This document shows, piece after piece, positions 23,501-31,644 of a stretch of DNA of 31,644 nt. The translations under genes were made by a program, and so were the position numbers. Position 1 is the stretch's first letter. Each line of letters opens with the position of its first letter. The notes under the pieces were generated by a model. That model had not been told where the DNA came from. It saw nothing but the letters and a program-made list of their open reading frames with translations, and ran no database searches. The stretch is from Octopus sinensis (Eukaryota), in the NCBI RefSeq assembly GCF_006345805.1, contig NW_021832191.1, positions 1 through 31,644 on the forward strand. Reading direction: 5' to 3'.

Positions 23501-23706
23501 ATGGCTGCAAAATCAATCCATTTTTTTAGGTCTTCATGGATGATGCCTTTCTTATTGTGGGGGCCACAGTAACGATAAGGCTGGAGGACCTGCCAGCACA
23601 GGTGCTCATTACATGGTGCCGGCATGGATGCACTTTACATGGCGCTGGTCAGGTGCTTTTTATGTGACAGCAAGATGGTTGCTTTTTACAAATGATAATA
23701 ATAATA

Positions 23707-23759
<53 letters not shown>

Positions 23760-23929
23760 TAATAAATAAATAAAAATTTGGAAACATATATCACTGCATA
23801 CCCCACCCCTACATTCCTTGCATTCATGTGAATTCTTTTACTCTTCTGACTTTCTAGCTCTGGTCAAACCATCCTATGTGTGCCAGCATGGAAGACGGAC
23901 ATTAAATGATGATGATGATGGTGAAGCCA

Positions 23930-24465
23930 GCAGGAAACTGTGATCGGTTTGCATGTAGTGGATTGTAGAGTGAATGTCATGGTTGGAATTCATTTTGGAC
24001 AAGGGTCAATGATGACCTTAGGAAGAGCATCCAGCCATAGAAACCATGGCTAAACAGAGTCTTCTGGCTTGCTAGCTCCAGTCAAACTGTCCAACCTTTG
24101 CCAACATGACAAACAGACATTAGATGATGATGACGACGATGATGGTAAATTCAGCAAGAATCTGTGATTGGTTCACATGTAGTGGATTGTAGAGTGAATG
24201 TCATGGTTGGAATTCATTTTGGACAAGGGTCAATGATGACCTTAGGAAGAGTATCCAGCCATAGAAACCATGGCTAAACAGAGTCTTCTGGCTTTCTAGC
24301 TCCAGTCAAACTGTCCAACCTTTGCCAACATGACAAACAGACATTAGATGATGATGACGACGATGATGGTAAATTCAGCAAGAATCTGTGATTGGTTCAC
24401 ATGTAGTGGATTGTAGAGTGAATGTCATGGTTGGAATTCATTTTGGACAAGGGTCAATGATGATG
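23930..24465 (+). repeat. 224-bp tandem repeat, about 2.4 copies, containing a family C 3' end
   Basis: AGTGGATTGTAGAGTGAATGTC begins at 23957, 24181 and 24405. Confidence 0.92.
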
Positions 24466-24652
24466 GTCACAGAATCGATCCGTTTTTTTAGGTCTTTGTG
24501 GATAATTCTTTTCTTATTGTATTTAGAGTTGGACCCACAGTAACAATAGGGCTGGAGGGCCTGAGTTCCATTTTATCCTGGTTTATTCTTGAAGTTGTCT
24601 CCCTTGGGATTTATCACTTCACAAGTACTTCAAGACAGTGAGGGCTTATACA

Positions 24653-24917
24653 CAGGGCTGGATTAACCATTAAGCCAAATAAGCACATGGGAAGGAGGGG
24701 GCAGCACAGAAATGGTAAATGGTTTACAATACAAAAGAAATCAGTTTAAACATGCTAAAATAATATTCCAAGTGGTTTCTACAATCAGAAATATGATTTC
24801 CAGGAGTTCATGGTGTCAGTGTGAGGATCTGATTAAAAACTTTGCAATAGGTGTAGGAGTGGCTGTGTGGTAAGTAGCTTGCTTACCAACCACATGGTTC
24901 CGGGTTCATTCTATCTT

Positions 24918-25005
<88 letters not shown>

Positions 25006-25557
25006 AGGTTCCAATTCACAAGCCTGTCTTCTACTATAGCCCCGGGCCGACCAAAGCCTTGTGAGTGGATTTGGTAGACGGAAACTGAAAGAAGCCCGTC
25101 GTATATATGTATATATGTATATATATGTGTGTGCGTGTTTGTGTGTCTGTGTTTGTCCCCAAACATCGCTTGACAACCGATGCTGGTGTGTTTACGTCCC
25201 CGTAACTTAGCGGTTCGGCAAAAGAGACCGATAGAATAAGTACTAGGCTTACAAAGAATAAGTCCTGGGGTCGATTTGCTCGACTAAAAGGTGGTGCTCC
25301 AGCATGGCCACAGTCAAATGACTGAAACAAGTAAAAGAGTAAAGAGTAATTTAAAAAAGTAGAAGAAAACTTTTCAAATATAAATAAAGGGGAAATATTT
25401 TTGTATATTTTTCATTTTAATGTTAGTTTAGTTTCATTTTGAAAAATGAAAATTTATAATATGCTTTATTATTGTTTATATTTTGAATTACAAATATATG
25501 GGGGCACCAAAATCTTTTAAAGTGCTCAGTGCGTCTATGGGTCTTAATCCAGCCCTG
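24653..25557 (+). mobile_element. MITE with 14-bp TIRs CAGGGCTGGATTAA/TTAATCCAGCCCTG (hAT-like ends), carrying a nested SINE
   Basis: Perfect TIRs at 24653-24666 and 25544-25557; a diverged second copy starts at about 25562; no 8-bp TSD found. Confidence 0.75.
24850..25348 (+). mobile_element. SINE family A, full length, interrupted by (ATCT)n
   Basis: Head, body and tail present; B-box region broken at about 24908-25025. Confidence 0.9.
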
Positions 25558-25764
25558 CATCCAGTACTGGTTTGACCATTTAGCAAAAGAAGCACAGGCT
25601 TAGGGCATCAACAGAAATGTTGCAGTATAGAAATAGTAAATGGTTTATGGCACAAAAGAAATCACTTTAAAATAATGAAGATCAGATCAAAGACTGCAAT
25701 TAAAAAAAATTTGGAGAAAACTTTTCAAATATAAATAAAGGGGAAATATACAAAAATAAACAAC

Positions 25765-25914
25765 AGATTATTTACATTATTTACATTTGACAGATATTTG
25801 TCCTCACCTTGTTTGTTGTTAACACAACATTTCGGCTGATATATCCTCCAGCCTTCATCAGGTGTCTTGGGGGAAATTTCAAATCTGGGTTCTCATTCCT
25901 AAGGTATATTTCGA

Positions 25915-25977
<63 letters not shown>

Positions 25978-26079
25978 CATCATTATTATTTTTATTATTA
26001 TTATTCCGGTCACTGCCTGGAATCGAACTTGGAATCTTGGGGTTAGTAGCCTGTGCTCTTAACCACTACGCCATATGGC
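25765..26079 (-). mobile_element. tRNA-headed SINE-like element carrying a hammerhead motif
   Basis: Head 26079-26007 (TGGCGTAGTGGTTAAG..CTACTAA..AAGATTCCAAGTTCGATTCCAGGC); (TAA)n linker; hammerhead 25866-25821; (AAATAATGT)-type tail. Confidence 0.75.
25821..25866 (-). ncRNA. Minimal type-I hammerhead ribozyme motif, canonical core
   Basis: GACAC CTGATGA A GGCTG gaggatatat CAGCC GAAA TGT T GTGTT. Confidence 0.8.
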
Positions 26080-26124
26080 AATATGCCCCCTCCTCTCTCA
26101 AAATTCCTTGTCTTGCAAAGTTAT

Positions 26125-26466
26125 TTGGTGTCCCACTGTGTGGCACCTTGGTCAAGTACCTTTTACTATAGCCTCAGGCCGACCAAAACCTTGTGAATGG
26201 ATTTGTTAGATGGAAACTGAAAGAAGCCCGTTGTATATATGTATATATATGTATGTGTGTGTGTATATGTTTGTCCTGCCGACATCGCTTGACAACAGAT
26301 GCTTGTGTGCTTACGTCCCCGTAACTTAGTGGTTCGGCAAAAGAGACTGATAGAATAAATACTAGGCTTACAAAGAATAAGTCCTGGGGTCGATTTGCTC
26401 GGCTAAAGGCGTTGCTCCAGCATGGCCACAGTCAAATGACTGAAACAAGTAAAAGAGTAAAGAGTA
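26125..26466 (+). mobile_element. SINE family A, 5'-truncated
   Basis: Matches the other copies through the AAAGAGT tail. Confidence 0.88.
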
Positions 26467-26479
26467 TGTATATACATAC

Positions 26480-27691
26480 GCACAGACATGCAGGAAGTAA
26501 ATAGACACCTTTAATTTTCCAAATCTTTTATTTGATATGCAAAGCGAACAATTGAAATGTAACCGATAGGTAGGGCTACATACTTTAGTATTTAGTTGAC
26601 GTTCCCTTTGCAGTTTTGAATTCAGAAACTCTTTTTGGCATTGAACTGATGAGCTTTGAGATTGTCTCTTGTGGAATTTCTGCCCACTTTTCATGCAACA
26701 ATCAAAACAATTCAGCTTTAGATTTAGGTTTCTGTCGAGTTTTTCGTATAGCTCTATCTAGTATGCTCCAAAGATTTTCAATTGGGTTCACGTTTGGTGA
26801 TTGGTTCGGTCAAGGAAGCTTTTTGATCCCATTTTCAGTCAACCATTGTTATTTCCTATTCACTGTGTGGCATGGAGTCCCATCTTCCATAAATTAAAAT
26901 TCATTTTTCGTTATGTTATCGTGTGAATACATCGGAAGTAGTCCTTCATTTCGATGTATTTTCAGAGTTTATAGTTCCAACACATTCAATAAGCTCAGAA
27001 CGACTGTTGCTGCTGACAGCTCCCTATGCCATTACAGAGATACTGCCATGTTTCACAGTTGGTTGGAGTCATTCCAAATCAAATTCTTGTCTGAAAATAA
27101 TGCAAATTTGGGTTCATCTGAGAAAATCACTCTATCACAAAATGAACTGGATTTTTCTGACATTTTAACCCATTTCTTTCTTTTCGTTATATTAAATGGT
27201 TGAAGGAGAGGTTTTCTTCTAGCTGCTCGTCCATAATACCCAAGCTTATGCAGATATGCAGCACACGTTCTGGCAATAACTTCTAGCTGTTTTGCAATGT
27301 CAGAAGTCTTTGAATGGGGTTCGTTTTCCACATTTCTCTTCAAACAGTGAAGCCTCCTTTCCGAGGGCCCAGGTTGGCTGGGACGAGAATCTGTTGATTC
27401 CTTTCCTTGGCTTTTGAATTGCACTATAATTCTATAAACAGTAGCAAGAGGAATTTGAAGATTTTCGCCTATTTTTTGCTGGCTAAGACCAGCCTCAGAT
27501 TGCTCAACAATACGATCTCTTTGAAAATCTGACAGTTCTGCTGAATTTTTTGCGTGTGGCATGGTTATTTTTGCAAATGTTTAATATAATGGCACCTGGA
27601 ATGAAAAAGAATAATTACATTGTAAATTCTACACCACTAAAAACATATTAAGACAATTCTATCAGAAATTTTGAAAATTAAAGGTGTCTTA
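26480..27691 (-). mobile_element. Tc1-family DNA transposon with remnant TIRs
   Basis: GACACCTTTAATTTTC(C/A)AAAT inverted at 26504-26524 and 27668-27688 (20 of 21 match), enclosing the transposase. Confidence 0.88.
26585..27562 (-). pseudogene. Tc1 DD34E transposase pseudogene
   Basis: HTH-like N-terminus; RRKPLL; VIFSDE; FMEDGTPCHT followed by 34 residues to E in SPNVNPIENLW; C-terminal SMPKRV..KGTSTKY*; internal stops and a frame break. Confidence 0.92.
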
Positions 27692-28100
27692 TATTAAACT
27701 TTTTAATACTTTTTGATAGTTATATATATTTAATAAAAAAAAAAATTTTAATTTATAAATATAAATTAATAATTTTAATTTTAAATTTTAATTTAAATAA
27801 TTTAAATTTTCAAATTTTATATTTTATATATTTTGTACATTAAGTGTTTTTATCTTTATGTTTTTCACTGTTTGATTTGCCTAATAGTGGTTTTATCTCT
27901 AATTTAATTTATATATATATATATAATTTATTGGCATTGAATGCTTGAAATGAGGAGTAGACAGACAGCCGACAACTCATGATGGTCATTCTCTATTTCT
28001 TGTCCTGTTTTCCATCTTTTTTTCACTGTTTGGGTATTCAACTTGTTTGTTTTCGTACTTCATGTTGTTTACACAGTTGGTCACATCCTGTACACATATA

Positions 28101-28137
<37 letters not shown>

Positions 28138-28139
<2 letters not shown>

Positions 28140-28310
28140 TCATCATTATCATCATTGTTTAACGTCCGCTTTCCATGCTAGCATGGGTTGGACGATTTGA
28201 CTGAGGACTGGTGAGCCAGATGGCTGCACCAGGCTCCAATCTTGATCTGGCAGAGTTTCTACAGCTGGATGCCCTTCCTAATGCCAACCACTCCGAGAGT
28301 GTAGTGGGTA
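28138..28310 (-). mobile_element. SINE-like family C, 3' part
   Basis: CATCATTGTTTAACGTCCGCTTTCCATGCTAGCATGGG; near match to 14660. Confidence 0.85.
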
Positions 28311-28388
28311 TAGTATTTATAATATTATTTAATTGAATGCCACATCCATTTCCAAGTAATTTTATATATATGCGTGTGTGTGTATAAG

Positions 28389-28427
<39 letters not shown>

Positions 28428-28568
28428 TATGTCTATATAATGTTTATATTTACACGTCACATATTTGTGTGTGTACACGCATGTATGCATATGAATATAA
28501 ATATGCTACTTTTTATAGGACTTTCTATTTCTGTTAACATGTCTATTTGATGAGTTTGTTATTTATAT

Positions 28569-28650
28569 CCCGCTGATGAGACTGATGCATTGCTGACCAT
28601 AATTTATCCTGTTTGACATTTTTGAAGTGCATCCATTGAAACGTATGTAG
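28569..28650 (+). ncRNA. Degenerate hammerhead-like motif with long stem II
   Basis: CTGATGA 28573-79; ACTGATGCATT pairs imperfectly with AGTGCATCCATT; GAAA CGT A at 28638-45; stem I poor. Confidence 0.45.
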
Positions 28651-28983
28651 AAGAATTTAAGATAGAAATGGTTTAACAACATCCTGAGTGTTTGTCCCCA
28701 TATTTAATTTTCGTATATGTATATATAGACATATATCTATATAGAGACATACTTTTTTTTTTATTAAAGCTGCAAATACATCAGTTTTGTGATGTTTTTG
28801 TAGCTTTAATAAAAAAGCATATCACTCTACCTCTGGTATTCAAGTACTATTTTTTCCAACTTGTTTTGCATTTATGTGCTTACTTGCATGTGCATGTGTA
28901 TATATATATTATACACACATATGGATATATAAATATACACATATAGATATATAGTTATATACATACAGTCATATACATACATA

Positions 28984-29373
28984 GGCGCAGGAGTGGCTGT
29001 GTGGTAAGTAGCTTGCTTACAAACCACATGGTTCTATGTTCAGTCCCGCTGTGTGGCACCTTCGGCAAGTGCCTCCTACTATAGTCTTGGGCCGACCAAA
29101 GCTTTGTGTGTGGATTTGGTAGACGGAAACTGAAAGAAGCCTGTCATATGTATATATATGTGTGTGTGTGTGTGTGTTTGTCCCCCTAGCATTGCTTGAC
29201 AACTGATGCTGGTGTGTATATGTCAATGTAACTTAGTGGTTGGGCAAAAGAGATCGATAGAATGAGTACCAGGCTTACAAAGCATAAGTCCTGGGGTTGA
29301 TCTGCTCGACTAAAGGCAGTGCTCCAGCATGGCCGCAGTCAAATGATTGAAACAAGTAAAAGAATAAAAGAAT
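28984..29373 (+). mobile_element. SINE family A, full length
   Basis: Complete head to AAAGAAT tail. Confidence 0.92.
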
Positions 29374-29764
29374 ACATACTTATGTGTGTGTGTATAATGG
29401 ATTTTGTGCATGATGTAATATCTATTAATCAATAAAAAACTCGGAAACAGCTGTAGTGAATGAACCATTATACACCTCTTTCTTTCTCCCTCTTTCTCTC
29501 TCTCTCTTCCTCTCTCTCTGTCCTCCTTTCTCTGTGTCCTCTGTTTTTCTTCTGTCCTCTCTCTCTTTCTTCTCTTCTCTCTCTCTATTATCTATATCAT
29601 ATATATACATATATATCTATATATATATATATATATATTATATATACATACATATAATATTTTATATACATATATATACAAATAGTTATTTTTATATATA
29701 TATATATATGCATGTGTATATATATATGTATGTATATATATGTATATATGTATGTATATATATT

Positions 29765-29950
29765 CTTTTACTTGTTTCAGTGAAGTAAGAGAGTATAAGA
29801 AAGTGGGGAGCACTGCCTTTAGTCAAGCAAATCGAGACCAAGACTTATTATTTGTAAGCCTAGTACCTATTCTATCAGTCTCTTTTGCTGAACCACTAAG
29901 TTATGGGGACATAAATACACCAGCATCGGTTGTCAAGCAGTGGTTGTCAA
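29765..29950 (-). mobile_element. SINE family A, 3' part
   Basis: Reverse complement of the tail and body. Confidence 0.8.
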
Positions 29951-30025
29951 GCAAATATATATATATATATATATATATGTATAGGTTTTATATATATATA
30001 TATGTATAATTAGTATATATGTTTT

Positions 30026-30060
<35 letters not shown>

Positions 30061-30252
30061 GATATGTTTTTATATATAATATATATATATGTATATATAT
30101 GTATATGTTTTTATATATATTATATATATATTATATATATATATGTATGTATATATATATATATATATAATATATATATATATACACTGGAGTAAGCACA
30201 TAAATGTGAAACAAGGTGGAAAAAAGAGTACTCAATACCAGCGGTAGAGTAA

Positions 30253-30420
30253 TATGCTTTATTTAAAGCAGCAGAAAAATTCAACAAAAAGTTACTACTT
30301 TAACTCTGAGTTTCCTGTTGCCGTTCATCGGACAATTTTGCAAAAACTGTCCGATGAACGGCAACGGGAAACTCAGAGTAACAGGTTTTGTTGAATTTTC
30401 TACTGCTTAAATAAAGTATA
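30253..30420. repeat. Spacerless fold-back centred at 30340/30341; each arm carries a hammerhead-like motif
   Basis: GAGTTTCCTGTTGCCGTTCATCGGACAATTTTG|CAAAAACTGTCCGATGAACGGCAACGGGAAACTC. Confidence 0.9.
30347..30384 (+). ncRNA. Minimal hammerhead-like motif with CCGATGA core
   Basis: CTGT CCGATGA ACG GCAA CGG GAAA CTCAGAGT A ACAG. Confidence 0.6.
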
Positions 30421-30427
30421 TATATAT

Positions 30428-30752
30428 ATATAAAAAAAAGGAAATGAAGAAAATGCTGACAAATATTTAAGTAGGGAGAGTGTATTTTAATTAGGTGAAA
30501 GTTCTTTTTACCGGTTGCGCATTATGTTATGCTTATCAAAAGATATTTTTAAGAGAGTAGAGTCCCTTTCTGATAGATTTTTTTCTCTTATCTGATAAAA
30601 AATCTATCAGAAAGGAACTCTATCTCTCTTACAAAATTATCTTTTGATAAGCATAACAAATGTGCAACCGGTAAAAGAACTTCACCTAATTAAATACACT
30701 CTCCCTTACTTAAATTATTTTGTCAGCATTTTCTTCATTCCTTTTTTTATAT
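30428..30752. repeat. Approx. 325-bp palindromic element within (TA)n
   Basis: Arms about 30428-30583 and 30597-30752 are reverse complements with scattered substitutions and indels. Confidence 0.92.
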
Positions 30753-30919
30753 CACAACTTGTGTTCCACATCTCCTTTTTAATATATATATATATATATA
30801 TTGTATATATATGTATATATGTATATATGTAGTATATATGTGTTATATATATTATATTATATATATATATATATATATGTTTATATATGTATTGTTTATA
30901 TATATGTTTATATATATAT

Positions 30920-31224
30920 ATAAAATAGAAAAGAGTGAAAAACTACAGAAGGCTCGTTTTATAAGGTTTAAAAATATATTTAAGTCGTTATGTTAGAAAA
31001 ATGTTATAAAATTTTGTGTATAGTAGCATAGTTTTTGGAGAAATAACCGGTTTCGTGTAAACTTTTCAAATTTCTCAAAATTTACACAAAACTGGTAATT
31101 TCTCCGAAAACTATGCTACTATACACAAAATTTTATAACATTCTTCTAACATAACGACTTAAATATATTCTTTAATCTTATAAAACAAGCCTTCTGTAGG
31201 TTTTTCACTCTTTTCTATTTTTTA
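30920..31224. repeat. Approx. 305-bp palindromic element within (TA)n
   Basis: Arms about 30920-31066 and 31077-31224 are reverse complements. Confidence 0.92.
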
Positions 31225-31275
31225 TGCATCCAACCACGTGCTTTCACACACCAACTTTCTCACACACACACACAC

Positions 31276-31319
<44 letters not shown>

Positions 31320-31644
31320 CACACACACATATATATATATGTATATGAGAGGCTTCTACACAGTTTCTATCTACCAAATTCATTTACATGGCATTGGTTG
31401 ACCCAGTATGATGGTAGAAAATATCTGCCTAAGGTGCCATACAATGGGATTGAACCCAGAATGAATGGCTTGTCGTGCATCTTAAATATTTTAAAATGTA
31501 GGTCTATTCACCTTGTTTAATGTGTCCTGTCATTTGCATGACAGTTGTGTATGATTTTAGGGAGATTTGGCTGTTATTTTTAGCAGGTCTGGTGACTATT
31601 TAGAAATCAGCCTTAGGTCATACATGCATATATACATAAATAAG

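Noticed and set aside
24645-25565. 8-bp hAT target-site duplication
   Set aside because: Flanks CTTATACA and CATCCAGT do not match, so the hAT assignment rests on terminal sequence only.
26007-26079. Functional tRNA gene
   Set aside because: Acceptor, anticodon and T stems do not pair properly, and it is fused to a repeat body; treated as a SINE head.

Overview
Very AT-rich, repeat-saturated eukaryotic non-coding DNA. The SINE families and extreme (TA)n/(TAA)n/(GATA)n load are most consistent with an octopus-type cephalopod genome (inference from pattern recognition, not verified). No intact host gene is supported, and almost all ORFs in the supplied track are microsatellite translations. 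Recognisable coding remnants are all decayed transposons: two tandem RTE-like LINE 3' ends (6.8-7.6 kb), an R4/Dong-like RT+REL element inside (TAA)n (15.1-16.7 kb) and a whole but inactivated Tc1 DD34E element (26.5-27.7 kb). There are many SINE copies of three families, and a 15-copy 168-169 bp satellite grown from the right end of a TTAA-flanked piggyBac-type MITE (10.6-13.2 kb). Four long fold-back palindromes occur at 5.0-5.4 kb and (three) at 30.2-31.2 kb. The most interesting signal is about 7 different minimal type-I hammerhead-ribozyme-like motifs (2.9, 10.5, 20.06, 20.3, 25.8, 28.6, 30.3 kb). They share a palindromic, dimer-type stem III and some have non-canonical cores (CCGA, CUGU). 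One sits behind a tRNA-derived Pol III head, forming a SINE-ribozyme hybrid. All alignments and folds were done by eye; coordinates of repeat edges are approximate.
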